A stretch of DNA of 64,000 nucleotides from the human T2T-CHM13v2.0 reference genome, Homo sapiens: NCBI RefSeq assembly GCF_009914755.1, contig NC_060937.1; one strand, written 5' to 3'. The notes under the pieces were generated by a model. The model saw nothing but the letters and a program-made list of their open reading frames with translations. It was not told where the DNA came from and did not search any database. The position numbers and the translations under genes are program-made. Shown one piece after another: positions 14,103 to 28,367 of the stretch. Position 1 is the first letter of the stretch. Every line of letters begins with the position of its first letter.

Positions 14103-16325
14103 CTTTTATTTAAACTTTGAATTTTGAGATAATTGTTGATTCTCATGCAGTTGTAAGAAAAATACAGACAGATCTCAGTTTCCCTCAATGTTAGCATATA
14201 TACAGAGTACAACTTCACAACCATCATACTGACATAGATTTATCAAGTTACAGAATAATTTTCTCACCACAAGGGTTCCTCATGTTGTCCTCTTATAACC
14301 ACATCCACTTTTCTCCTTTCCCTCTATCACTGTCTACCCCATCTTTAAACCTTGACAACTACTAATTTGTTCTTCACTTCTATAATATTGCCAATGATAA
14401 CCATGGCAAATTGTAACCATTTGTGATTTTCTATTTCACCCAGCATATTCCCTGGAGATCCATTCAAAGTGTTGCACGTATCAACAGTTTCTTTTTATTG
14501 CTGTGTAGTGTTCTATGGCACGGATGTCCTAAAATTGTTTAAACATTCTCTGTTGAAGGATTAGATTATTTATAGTTTTTCACTATTGTCAGCAAAGTTG
14601 CAATGAACATTTATGAACAGGTTTTTGTGTGAATATAAATTTTCATTTCTTTGGGATAAATAATCAGAATGGCAATTTTCTGAACATATGATAGTTGCAT
14701 ACTAAGTTTTTAAAGCAACCACCAAATGAGTTTCCAGAGCAGCTTTACAATTCTATATCCTACCAGCAATGTATGAGAAATCCAGTTTTCTGCCATCTTG
14801 CCAGAGTTTGGTGTTTCACTGTTTTTTGTTTGTTTGTTTTTAATTTTAGTCATTCTCATAGGTGTGTAGTGATACCTCACTGCAGTTTTAATTTGCATTT
14901 CTCTAATGGCCAATAGTGTTGAACATTTTTTTTATGTTCTGGGTCTTTTATTTATTAGTTTTTTAAATTGACAAATAAAATTATATATGTTGTTTGTGTA
15001 CAACATGATGTGTTGAAATAGGTATATATTGTAGAATAGCTTAATTGAGCTAATTAACCTAATTAATGTGTTATCTCACATTCTTGTCAGTTTTTGTGAT
15101 GGGAATACCTAAAATCTACTCTCAGCAATTTTGAATAATGCAATACATTGTTTTAAACTGTAGTCACCATGTTATGCAATAGATATTTTAAACTTATCCT
15201 CCTGTCTAACTGAAATTTTGTGTTCTTTAACATCTCCCCAACCTTGCCCAGCCCCTCATCCTCCAGGTCCTGGTAACCAACATTCTACTCCCTGGACATC
15301 TTTTGAGTGTTTATTTTTTCTGTGTATCTTCTTTAGTGAATGAAATGTCCCTTCATGTCTTTTGCCCATTTTCTAATTGGATTGATTGTTTTTTCACTAT
15401 TGAGTTCTGAGAGATTTTTATATATTTTAGGTACTGGTCTTTTGTCAGATACGTGGTTTGTAAATATTTTATCTCTGTCTGTATCTTGTCTTTTCATCCT
15501 CCCAACAGGCTCTTTCTTAGAGCAAAAGTTTTCAATCTTGTAAAGACCAGTTTATCAATTTTTCATCTTATGGATCAGGGTTTTGTTGTCCAGTCTAATA
15601 ATTTTTCATCTACTCCTAAATTCAGAAGATTTTTCTTCTGAAGATTTTTCCTAGAAGTTCTATAGTATTATATTTTACATTTAGTTCCATACTTAATTTT
15701 GAGTTAATTTTGTATAAAGTATGAGGTTTAGATTGAGGTTCACTTTTTTCCCTCTGGATATCCATTTATTTTAGTACCATTTATTGAAAATATTATTTTT
15801 ATTTATTTAATTACTTTTGAACGTTTGTCAAAAATCAGCTGGCCATATTTTTGTGGATCTATTTGTAGGTTCTCTATTTTACTCCATTGATCTATATGTC
15901 AATTATCCCACCAATAGCACACATTCTTGATTACTATAGCTATGTAATATCTCTTCAAATTGGGTAGACTGATGTCTTCCCTTAATTCTTCCTTTTGTTA
16001 AAACTATTTAGGTATTCTCATTTCTACGCCTGTCCATATGAATTTTAGAATAATCATATATTTATATTTAATCACTTTTGAACAAAAGTAATACGTATAC
16101 AAAAAATCTTGTGGGAATTTTGAAAAACTGTTTGAAAATTGCATTAAACCCAGATATCAATTTAGGGAGAATTGTCATCTTTACTGTGTTGAGCCTTTCA
16201 CTCCATGAACATGAGATGTCTTTTCCATTTATTTGTGTCTTCTTTAATTTCTTTCATCAGTATTGTAGTTCTCAGTATACAAGTCCTATATATACATTTT
16301 GTTAGATTTATACCTATTTTTTTCA
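14103..16325 (-). mobile_element. L1MC-type 3' UTR/ORF2 end
   Basis: 'ttttgagataattgttgattctcatgcagttgtaagaaa' 3' end; minus-strand [21 protein letters not shown] = L1 ORF2 C-terminus. Confidence 0.85.
14945..15291 (-). mobile_element. L1MA 3' end nested in L1MC
   Basis: 'aaattgacaaataaaattatatat...tacaacatgatg...ggtaaccaacattctactc'; flanked by similar tgaacattttt/tggacatcttt. Confidence 0.75.
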
Positions 16326-17555
16326 TATCTAATCTTGTATCTGAATTATTTCTTTTGGATTTCTATAGTGTTAGAACAAATCATACCCCTACTTTCTACT
16401 ATGTAGACACAGCTATTACAGCCAAGAGACAAAAGACTTATTTTCCCTATATTTTAAATGGAGTATCTGGCATACATTTTCAAAGCATCTGAAAAGTATT
16501 CGAATACTTTTGTTATTGTCTTATTATTTATCATAGTATTCTCTTTTCTCTTGCAATCACTTAGGAAAAAAAGCCATATTTAATGTTGATTTTCTCTACT
16601 ATCTCTTCCATTAATCTGATTTAGCTTGAAACATAATAGGGTTATTGAACTGATTTTTTTTTCATTTTAAAGTATGTGAGAAAATTATGATTTATGAAAA
16701 TTCCTCTGTGAATCACACATTTTTCCAGAAAATTTTGATAGCTAACTTTCCAAATATCGCCCACATCTTTGAAAGCGGGAAATGACTAACAAAAGATCTT
16801 CATATCTAGATTAGAGTCTGTTTACTGAATGAAAGTATAAATTTTAATGTTTCTAGTTTCAAGCATTTTTTACTTGTTAGCTAATGAACATGCAAAAACT
16901 GCATAAAACAAATGTCCTGATGAAATTCTTTTCATGGAGTTTACTATTTATTTATTAAGAACAAACAAGTTGTTAATGGTTATTCATTTTTTCTCTTATT
17001 CCTGCGGCATGTTATAGTCAGACATTGAACATACAGAAAAAGTTTTATTCATTGTGAATCTTGTTTTCACTTTCAAAGTCCAAATTATCTTCTACCTAAA
17101 GTTATAGACATGTTAATACAGATACAATTCTCAGTAACACTTGACTTTTGAGTAATTAAACATCATAAAAAACAATCAGTAGTCCTTCCCATCACTGGAG
17201 GTCTAACTAAAATAATAATAATAATTTATATATAGTAACACCTTATGTTTTTATCTTAGTATGTTTAGGGATAGATAAGGGATAATGTCAAGTTTTTAAT
17301 CTTCATTTTTAATAAAAATGTTTCTAATGATGTAGACATGTTAACATTTTCTTTTACAATTTCTTAAATTTCCTCTGATTCTTTAAAATTAGTTAAATCC
17401 AAATTCTCTAAAATTATATTAGAATTGACAAAACAAAACTTGCAAAACCCCAATGCACAATTAATTTTTTAAAAACATATTTTATTTAGTGCAAGAGCAA
17501 TGTATTGAAACCTGAAGACTTTGATATTGCTGTCAGTGATGTTAGCCAGCCTGCT

Positions 17556-18599
17556 ACAAAAAAAATTGCAACAAAAGCCAAAATTGACAAATGGGATCTA
17601 ATTAAACTAAAGAGCTTTTGCACAGCAAAAGAAACTAGCATCATAGTGCACAGGCAACCCGCAGAATGGGAGAAAATTTTTGCAATCTATCCATCTGACA
17701 AAGGGCTAATATCCAAAATCTAGAAAGAATTTAAACAAATTCACAAGAAAAAACTAACCCCATCAAAAAGTGGGCAAAGGATATGAACAGACACTTCTCA
17801 AAAGAAGACATTTATGTGGCCAACAAACATTATGAAAAACAGCTCATCATCACTGGTCATTAGAGAAATGCAAATCAAAACCACAGTGAGATACCATCTC
17901 AAGCCACTGAGTATGATGATTATTAACAAGTCAGTAAAGAATAGATGATGTAGAGAAATAGGAATGCTTTTACACTGTTGGTGGGAGTGTAAATTAGTTC
18001 AACCATTGCAGAAGACAGTGTGGTGATTCCTCAAGGATCTAGAACCAGAAACACTGTTTGACCCAGCAATCCCATTACTGGGTATATACCCAAAGGATTA
18101 GAAATCATACTAGTATAAAAACACATGCACAAGTATGTTTATTGCAGCACTATATGCAATAGCAAAGACTTGGAACCAATCCAAATTCCCATCAATGATA
18201 GAGTGGATAAAGAAATGTGGCGCATATACACCATGGAATACTATGCATAAAAAGAATGAGATCATGTCCTTTACAGGGACATGGATGAAGCTGGAAGCCA
18301 TCATTCTCAGCAAACTAACACAGGAACAGAAAACCAAACACTGCATGTTCTCACTCATAAGTGGGAGTTGAAAAATGAGAACACATGGACACAGGGAGGG
18401 GAACAACACACACCGGGGCCTGTCAGGGGCTGGGGGGCAAGGGGAGGGAGAGCATTAGGACAAATACCTAAGGCATGTGGGGCTTAAAAACCTAGATGAC
18501 AGGTTGATAGGTGTGGCAAACCACCATGGCACATGTATACCTGTGTAACAAACCTGTACATTCTGCACATGTATCTTAGATCTTAAAGTCAAAAAAAAA
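17556..18599 (+). mobile_element. L1PA (about PA7-8) 3' 1-kb fragment
   Basis: [25 protein letters not shown]...WMKLEAIILSKLTQEQKTKHCMFSLISGS, G-rich 3' UTR and A tail. Confidence 0.95.
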
Positions 18600-18769
18600 T
18601 TCTAGAGTACGGCTTACCAAATGCTGGTATTGCAATGATTTCATGACTTGTTTTTCTTACTCTAAGGAAATAAACACAATTCATACTTAACAAATAAATC
18701 AAAATAGCTGACTGATTCTATGAGAATTTTTCAAAAGACAGAAAGGACTAAATCCATTTTTACCTTAAG

Positions 18770-18978
18770 TAGATTGCTTAAGAGCAGCAAGTCAGAGACC
18801 TGGTTCTTAACTTTGGCTCTGTTATTTACTGGATATGACTTTGAGCAACTTAGAATTTTCCTATGTATGAAGTGCACTAATAATAGCTTCATCAAAAGGT
18901 TATCAAGATCCTTAAATGAGCAGTATATTTAGCTCATAGTGAATGCTCAAAAATAAGCAGTATCTATTATTATTGTTG
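18770..18978 (+). mobile_element. MIR SINE
   Basis: 'cttaagagcagcaagtcagagacctggtt...tgactttgagcaa...atagtgaatgctcaaaa'. Confidence 0.75.
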
Positions 18979-20054
18979 CTACTTCTATGTTAATTTCTGA
19001 AATCTGGGCACTTATAAAAAGGTGGTGATCAATAAAACCTATGGTGTACACAGGTTTTTTTTGGAAGGTAACTATACTTTATTTAGAAACAGAAATAGTC
19101 CCAAATACACCAATTGTAAATATAAAACTTGTTTTATATTCACCGACTAATTAATTAAGAATATGTTGAAAATAACATAATTCCAGATGCACATAAATGA
19201 AGTTAACACTAACATAATTTCAGAATGGCTTCTTTTTATTTTGCATTTTAATTACTTCATTTACATGCACACAAATTCTTTACCCTATTTTTGGGTATTT
19301 TTATGTTAAAGTTTCCCATGCCTACTTATATTTAAGTTTGTAAAACTTTAATCAAATGCTGTGAGCGCATATATCTATATTTTGGCTCAAGATTCTGATT
19401 TGTTCTGGGACATTAAGAAGTAACTTCTTTAGTGAATGTTACCATTTTGAAAAGTGATCAGAGTAAATTTTCCTTTGCAAAGAACACCAAAGGAACCATA
19501 GACCCTGAAGACGAAAAGACAAGGATTAGATTTCCAGCCCACTGGCCTTTCTTCTTACTTTAAAAAGATGGGATTGCCAAGGTCTAAAGAGGTAGTATTT
19601 AAATAGTTTAGTTTCTGTTAATACTCATGAAAAATAAAATAGCCTTTGATGACATGGAAATGCTTCTCCATGTACCTTGTTTTCCAGACATGTTTACCTA
19701 ATCCGAATTTTTCCCAGGAAAGAATATTGAGGCATGGAAATGTTGTCTTATTATTTCTCATGTCCCTTTCTATTTGGTGTGACTTCTTCAGTTTTGGACA
19801 TTTGACACAGTTCACATTTGGCAGCCAGAAGTACTTGGGAAGGATTATTTCCAAATGTTTGCTTTTATACATCATTTTAACACATGGAGCAGAGGACTCA
19901 TAGCCTCCTGCAACTAAATACTGATGTCTGTCTTCATATTTAATTTTTTTTGTTATTCCCTCCATTCTCTCATTTCTCATGTGTTGTAGTGGAAAACTCT
20001 TTATATACACAATTTTGCATTGATTTTAAGATCCATAAAGACTTACCTTCCTTT

Positions 20055-20432
<378 letters not shown>

Positions 20433-20454
20433 CTAATATAAATTTAATTACCTT

Positions 20455-23400
20455 GACTTTGGAAGGCCAACGCCAGTAATCCTAAGAGAACCACAGACCC
20501 TCTGAAGGAAGTGAACTGCTCCTGCAGGACCCGGGAGACACACCAAATACTGTGAGTGCCCCAACTGCGGAAGTGGGAAAGGGAGACCTGTCCTCTCCCA
20601 AACACACACCCCCACTGGAGAAGCTGAAGGTCAGTTTCTGGGAGAAGTTTCCAACTTTACCTGGAACTGAGTCAAATTAGAGAGCCAAGAGAAATACAGG
20701 GGAGAGGAAGCAGCAGAAACACCCTGGGAGCTCGCTGGGTCCCCAAGCACCCCATTCCTGCCTAGCACTGCAGGGATCCTTCAGGAGGGTGGCCAGAGGA
20801 GCAGGGGATAAAACTCCACAGGGAGAAAAAATTCTCTCCTGAACTTCATGACAATTTATAACAAAGTGAGAAGTCTCCTGGTCAAAACTAAGAGGAGGGT
20901 GCAAACCAGGCCTGCAGACTTCACAGGCAGAGGGAGAACTAAAGCCCTTTTCTTTCGCAGCTGGGAGACGGATAGCCTTGGGCAAGTTTTCAAGCCCCTC
21001 TTGTCCTCTGCCTGGAAACAGACTTGGGGCTGTTAGGGTGGGGCATGGTGGGAGTGAGACTGGCCCTTCAGTTTGCATGGGAGCTGGATGAGGCCTGTGA
21101 CTTCCAGCTTTCCTCACTTCCCTGACAACCTGCATGACTCAGCAAAGGCAGCCATAATCCTCCTAGGTAGACAACTCTAGTGACCTGGGAATCTCTCCCC
21201 CAACCCCTGCAGCAGCTGCAGCATGTCCTGTCCAAAAAGAGTCTGAGCTCAGACACGCCTAGCTCTGCCCCCACCTAATGGTCCTTTCCTCCTGCCCTGA
21301 TAGCGGAAGACAAAGGGCATATAATCTAGGGTTTTCTAGGGCCCCACCCACCACCAGTCCCTATCCACACTAGTACAGCTAATGCTTTCTGGAAAGTGCC
21401 ACCTCCTGGCAGGAGGCCAACCAATACAAAAATAGAGCATTAGACCACCAAAGCTAAGGACCCTCACAGAATTCTCTGCCACCTCCACCAGAACAGGCAC
21501 TGGTATCCATGGCTGAGAGACCCATAGATGGTTCACATCACAGGACTCTGTGCAGACAACCCCCAATACCAGCCTGGAGCCAGGTAGACTCGCTGGGTGG
21601 CTAGATCCAGAATACAGACAATAATCATTGCAGTTTGGCTCACAGGAAGCCACATCCATAGGAGAAGAGGGAGAGTCATCAAGGGGACATCCCGTGGGAC
21701 AAAATAATCTGAACAACAGCCGTTAGCCCTAGACCTTCCCTCTGACAGAGCCTACCCAAATGAGAAAGAACCAGAAAACTAATCCTGGTAATATGACAAA
21801 ACAAGCTCTTCAACATCCCCCTCGCACCCCTCCTCCCCCAGAATCACACTGGTTCACCAGCAATGGATCCAAACCAAGAAAAAATTCCTGATTTACCTGA
21901 AAAAGAATTCAGGAGGTTAGTTATTAAGCTAATCAGGGAGGGACCAGAGAAAGGCAAAGCCCAATGCAAAGAAATTAAAAAAAAAAATTGATACAAGAAG
22001 TGAAGGAAGAAATATTCATGAAAATAGATAGCTTAAAGAAAAAAATAAAAAATTCAGGAAACTTTGGACACACTTTTAGAAATGTGAAATACTCTGAAAA
22101 GTCTCAGCAAATAGAATTGAACAAGTAGAAGGAAGAACTTCAGAACTCGAAGACAAGGTCTTTGAATTAACCCAATCCAACAAAGACAAAGAAAAAAGAA
22201 TAAGAAAATATGAACAAAGCCTCCAAGAAGCTTGGGATTATGTTAAATGACCAAACCTAAGAATAATCAGTATACCTGAGGAAGAAGAGAATTCTAAAAG
22301 CCTGGAAAACATATTTGGGGGAATAATCAAGGAACACTTCCCTGGCCTTGCGAGAGACCTAGACATCCAAATACAATAAGCACAAAGAACACCTGGGAAA
22401 TTCATTGCAAAAAATCTTCACCTAGGCACAGTGTCATCAGGTTATTCAAAGTTAAGACAAAGGAAAGAATCTTAAGAGCTCTGAGACAGCAGCACCAGGT
22501 AAACTATAAAGAAAAATCTATCAGATTAACAGCAGATTTCTCAGCAGAAACCCTACAAGCTAGAAGGGGACCTATCTTCAGCCTCCTCCAACAAAATATC
22601 ATCCAAGAATTTTGTATCCAGCGAAACTAAGCATTATATATGAAGGAAAGATTCAGTCATTTTCAGACAAAAAAATGCTGAGAGAATTCACCATTACCAA
22701 ACCACCACTACAAGAACTGCTAAAAGGAGCTCTAAATCTTGAAACAAATTCTGGAAACATAGCAAAACAGAACCTCTTTAAAGCATAAATCACGAAGGAC
22801 CTATAAAACTAAATACAAGTTAAAAAGGAAAAACAAAACAAAACAAAAAGCCAAAATACACAGGCAACAAAGAGCATGATGAAAGCAACAGTACCTCACA
22901 TTTCAATACTAACACTGAATGTAAATGGCCTAAATGCTCCACTTAAAAGATACAGAACCGCAGAATGGATAAGAACTCACCAACCAACTAACTGCTGCCT
23001 TCAGGAGACTCACCTAACACATAAATATTTATATAAACTATATAAAAAACTGTATATATATTTTTATATTATATATATAAAACTATATATATAATTTTTT
23101 TATATAAAAGTATAAAAATTCTAGAAAAACCCTTCTAGACATTGGCTTAGGCAAGGATTTCATGACCAAGAACCCAAAAGCAAAGGCAATAAAAACAAAG
23201 ATAAATAGCTGGGACCTAATTAAACTAAAGAGCTTTTGCACAGCAAAAAGAACAATCAGCAGAGTAAACAGACAACTCATAGGGTGGGAGAAAATTTTCA
23301 CAATCTATACATCTGACAAGGGATTAATAATATCCAGAATCTACAATGAACTCAAACAAATCAGTAAGAAAAAAACAAACAATCCCATCAAAAAGTGGGC

Positions 23401-24230
23401 TAAGGACATGAATAGACAATTCTCAAAAGAAGATACACAAATGGCCAGCAAACATATGAAAAAATGCTCGATATCATTAATGATCAGGGAAATGCAAATC
23501 AAAATCACAATGTGATACCACCCTACTCCTGCAAGAATGGCCATAATAAAAAAAAATTAAAAAAAACAGTAGATGTTTGTGTGGATGTGGTGAAGAGGGA
23601 ACACTTCTGCACTGCTGGTGGGAATGTAAACTAGTACAGCTGCTATGGAAAGCAGTGTGGAGATTCCTTATAGAACTAAAAATAGAACTACCATTTGATC
23701 CAGCAACCCCACTACTGGGTATCTACCCAGAGGAAAAGACGCCATTATTCAAAATAGATACTTGCACACACATATTTATAGCAGCACAATTCACAACTGC
23801 AAAACTGTCGAACCAACCCAAATGCCCATTAATCAATGAGTGGATAAAGAAACTGATGGAATACTATGCAGCCATAAAAAGGAATGAATTAACGGCATTT
23901 GCAGGGACCTGGATGAGATTGGAGACTATTATTCTAAGTGATGTAACTCAGGAACGGAAAACCAAACATCATATGTTCTCACTGATATGTAGGAGCTAAG
24001 CCATGAGGACGCAAAGGCATAGGAATGATACAATGGACTTTGGGAACTTGAGGGGAAGAGTGGGAGGGGGTGAGGGATAAAAGATTACAAATGTGCTGCA
24101 GTGGATACTGCTCGGGTGATGGGTGCACCCAAATCTCACAAATCACCACTAAAGAACTTACTTTTGTAACCAAGTACCACCTGCACCCCAATAACTTATG
24201 GAAAAATTTAAAAAATAATTTTAAAAGTAA
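20455..24230 (+). mobile_element. L1PB1-type element: near-complete 5' UTR, decayed ORF1, ORF2 with a large internal deletion, 3' UTR
   Basis: 5' UTR 'cacagaccctctgaaggaag..ctgctcctgcaggacccgggagac'; ORF1 ATG 21760 (MRKNQKTNPGNMTKQ); ORF2 start ISILTLNVNGLNAPLKR..CCLQETHL at 22876; jumps to [25 protein letters not shown]; L1PB 3' UTR; 17-bp TSD ATAAATTTAAT(T/C)ACCTT at 20438-20454 and 24231-24247. Confidence 0.95.
21760..22788 (+). pseudogene. Disrupted L1 ORF1p
   Basis: LELEDKVFEL, SLQEAWDYVK*PNLRII, IRLTADFSAETLQAR, YPAKLS motifs with stops and frameshifts. Confidence 0.85.
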
Positions 24231-25539
24231 ATAAATTTAATCACCTTAAGAGTAAAGACCATATCTTATTAATATTATCTGAAAGGCCTGATACCCAATG
24301 TATAGTTGGTTCTCAGTAAATTAAAATTTAATTAAGGATGAAAGACAATCTTGGCAGTATCCTCCATTTATCAGCCTGTTGTCTATGGAATTACACATGG
24401 CAAAGCAATATTCTATGTACAGGATGTAGCAAGCAGAAGTTGAGGGGAGGGAAATATCCATAATATAAAACGTATCCATTAGCATTAACTTGAGTGTACA
24501 TAAATATTCTTGTGGAAAGATGACAAATGGGAGAATCTTATAAAATGACTTCAGTCTAAGTTATACAGAAAATTTATTCCTGACTTTTTGGGTATGCGAA
24601 AATGCCTATAGCCCACCACCTGCTTGGAACTCCAGGACAGATACTATTACAACCTTTTCTCAAAAATCATAAGTTAAAGTTAGAAGTTATAAATGTACCT
24701 GTGACATTTTATTCCTTTCTTCTTACCCAGTTTGACCTAATTTCAATGTCTCCTAATCAGATTACTAGAAATAGTGAAATAATATTTTCATTAATTCTAT
24801 GATGAACAAGGAGGGGAGGAGAAAGATTATCCAGACCTTAGACAAATTTAAACAGGAGTCTGTGTGATGCATTAGAAAGCTCTGGGAAGAAGCCTGGAAT
24901 TTGAAGGAAAAAAATTTTGAGCACAGGAGATAAGATAAGTTAGATATATGAAACTTTAGATAAAAAGAAGGATATTATCTAAGGAGTGTTTTATTTTCAC
25001 CAAAAACAAGAGATAAGGAACAACCTCCTGCAACATGCTTAAACTTCAGAGGGAGTAAACAATGGCTTAAATAGAAAAGGTGAACCTAACACTCTTTCCT
25101 TTTGTGGAAATCCATGGCCTTACGATTAAATTTCAATGATTTGTCTGGAGGTATGTGTGTACTTAAGAAATTTTATGTTTCTTAATCTCCTGTGCTTTTT
25201 CCTTTAAGGATTCTAATTTGCTGTTCTTGGTTTAAATAACCTGGGCACACCCCCACTGTATCTCTCCTAGTGCTGCTCCCTTCTTTGCATTGTTCTCTGT
25301 TCTTCACTGTGATTCTTCCATCTGTTATCCTCCAGCGAACTCGGAAGTCTCAGACCACGGCAGAATCAGATGTCCAGAATATGCCAGTGGTTTGAGCAGC
25401 CCCTAAGATTAAGAATGAGAAGTTCGCACTTTCAGGTTCTTTATGAGGAGTAGGAAATTTGATCTTCTTGGCTGAAAAGGGACTCTAAACTTTTAAATCT
25501 TTAATGATAGCTGTAGCATTCTGACTCTCACAGCATTTG

Positions 25540-25740
25540 TTGTTTGCTCCGTGCAGTGTAAAAGATACAAAGGAAAGAGAAGTTGCAGTCTTGCTCTCTA
25601 GAGAATTAAAATCTTATTTTGAATAACCACATTGACTGAAAAAAATGGAAAACTTCAAAATAATATGGTGAAATCCAGTATATGAGTGCTGAATATGTGA
25701 ACCAAGATGAGAATGAGCTGCAATGAAGAGGAAGAAAGAT
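25540..25740 (-). mobile_element. L2 fragment
   Basis: 'gatacaaagg..agtcttgctctctagagaattaaaatctt' resembles antisense L2. Confidence 0.4.
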
Positions 25741-25814
25741 ATGCTCAGCAGCACCCTATGTTGTAGCAGGTCCACCCTACTGTTACAATGAATGTGAATA
25801 AACTCAGGAGCATA

Positions 25815-26016
25815 GCAAACAGTAAAATGTAGTAAAATAACTAGAAAGTAATGAATTTTTTGTATTTATTACCTTTGTTATTAATATAAGTTAATTGTAG
25901 ATTTAGATAATTTATTTGTTATTAATGCCTGTGTTTAACCACCAGCTCTCAAAATTCCTGAAAATGTGGCAACTGGCTCTCCTGAGCTGCTACAAACTAG
26001 TTTCAGCATGCCCCTG
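25815..26016 (-). mobile_element. MER63-type hAT DNA transposon
   Basis: 'gtgtttaaccaccagctctcaaaattcctgaaaat..actggctctcctgagc..ttcagcatgcccctg' matches the reverse MER63 end. Confidence 0.75.
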
Positions 26017-26391
26017 TGCCATGTGTACTTTCTGTTTTTCACCAGTTATGCAATGACAAGTGTGCACCTAAGCTTTAGATTTAACATGTTCAGAATGGAT
26101 TAAGTTAGTAAAACGTTTAAACTACATGCTTAACTGCTTGAATGCTGCATATAACAGACATAGTGGAACCTAGTTACATTAGTGATATAATATTTTTAAT
26201 AAAAGGGAAAAAAATCTTTGCATAAGTAAACAATAGTCACAAATATGCCACAATTAGGCCATCAAACCATAGCATTGATTAATATATTAGGAAAAATAGA
26301 TGCACAATTCTGTAATATTACATATAAACTAGTGAAGATTTGCTTACTAAAAAAAATTTAATACAAAGTTTGGCTAACAAATTCCTTTTCT

Positions 26392-26560
26392 TTCATTTAT
26401 TCAAAATTGTTAAGTATATACTTTATCTCAAGCACTCTGCTGGACACTGGTTTAAAGGGATTATATGAGTTTAGTAGGAGAAATAGGAAACATTTAGCAA
26501 GCAATTGCAGTATTACAGATCCTTTGAATGAGGGATACAGGTGCTATAGGAGCACGAGGA
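26392..26560 (-). mobile_element. L2 3' fragment
   Basis: 'ttcatttattcaaaattgttaagtat...caagcactctgctggacactgg...ggtgctataggagcac'. Confidence 0.65.
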
Positions 26561-28367
26561 CTTCCTAAAATCTTAATATACATTAAAACCCACCCCATCA
26601 CCATCACCACAGATTCAACCTTGACTCTAATATCAGCAGGAAACCTACGGCCAGAATAAGACTGGAGTGTCAGAGAGCCAGATAGTAAGAAAAGAAATGA
26701 AAACACTTCACATGAAGAGAGCTCCATGTGAGGCCAAAAATGAAATGTCCTTCAAAAACAAATCTGAGCAAGCAATTCCCTGCTTGCCAGCAGATAATAA
26801 TGAAGAATCAGTGGTGATCGCATACTGTTTGTGAACTAACTCCTCATATGAATATAGCTCTTCTTGTTTGAGGATGAATAATGAGTGAAGAAAATATCCA
26901 AAAATACAGGCTATTTCAAGGAGGACTAAACAAGGATGTACAAGACAGTGATTCTACTCTTGTTTGGCTGGAGTTTGTCTTTTGGTATATTTTATTCAAG
27001 AAGTACACAGAAGTGATTTATTTTAAGAGTCCTTTAATACCTGAAATTTGCTATCTTTGATAAAATGCAATTTGGCTGGGTGACCAAAATTATGTGCATA
27101 TTCTAAACTCCAGGAGTCTACTAAAACTTTCTCTATTGATGTCTGGAATTTTGAAAAGCTGTCTAGGGAGAACGTGAGTTTTGTTTTTTGATAAATTTTA
27201 ACATTTTTTGCGCATTCAGTTTCTGCGTAGATGCTTGGAGGTATAATTTTAATCTTATTAGATCAGCAATACTTACAGGATGTGTCTAATTTGGGGGTCT
27301 TTTTCATTGCCCCCCACCCTGAATGTAATAAAATATCTTCATAAGCTCTGGGAATTTTTTTTTTAACTCAGCAATGTTTTCTTCATTATATCTTTGATTG
27401 TTGTTTCTGGTTCAATGGTTCTATAAGGATTATATGTTCTATTTTCCCACAGGAACTATAGTTATATAATAGTCTTTGAAATTCTAGATTTATCTTATTA
27501 ATTCTATGTATTAATTACATACATAGAATGTATGTAATTCTATGGCCCACTCATTTGAAGTATTTCTCAACTTACCTCCTCTTTGTCATGTATTTGCATT
27601 TTAAGCAGTCTGACAAACTTAAGTCCAAATCCAACAATTTTAGACTTGTTGAATGAATTTAAACTAGTTGTTTAAAATTTTTAAATGATCTATGGATCTT
27701 TAAGAAACTCTATATATTAAACATTAAAAAATTATTAGTGAAAATATTTGAATATTAATGACTGATTCTTTGTACTAACTCAATTCTTGTTGCAGTCTCT
27801 TTTCCTTTCTCGGATGCAGAAAAATTGCTAACCAAGAAGCTTTCCACATTAGAAGCACAAAGTACCATTCACATAAGTCAGTCTATAACATGATCTGCAA
27901 AGTAGGTTGGACTTTCTCATATTCACTAAAATCTATCACTTAAAGATGTGTGGAAATAGCTTGTGCTTTTGAAACTCATTAGAAATGCTGTTTATTTTGA
28001 TTTAGACTCAACCTGAACACTCTGGTATGACAACTTATTTCTAACTCTTTTAATGGAAAGCACGAACATTTAGTTGAACTTGAATCCTGACCTTTTGGCA
28101 GTTGTTACAGTTATGGATTCAAAAAATCACTTGTTCACAGAATATTGTGGTTCAGTAGAAAAATATTTTGATCATGCTATACTTCAAAAGTTGGCTAACC
28201 AAAAACATTAAATTTTTCTCTTATTTTCAAAAGTACATTTCAATTTTTCTTCTTTTATATCCAAAGCACAACTGTTTCTTCACCTGTTTTCAGTTCCTCC
28301 CCTCCTGTCTCAGAAGAGCGGAAGTCAGCCTTCAATAGCAGTGCTAACTTTTGCCTTTCTTCTTTGG

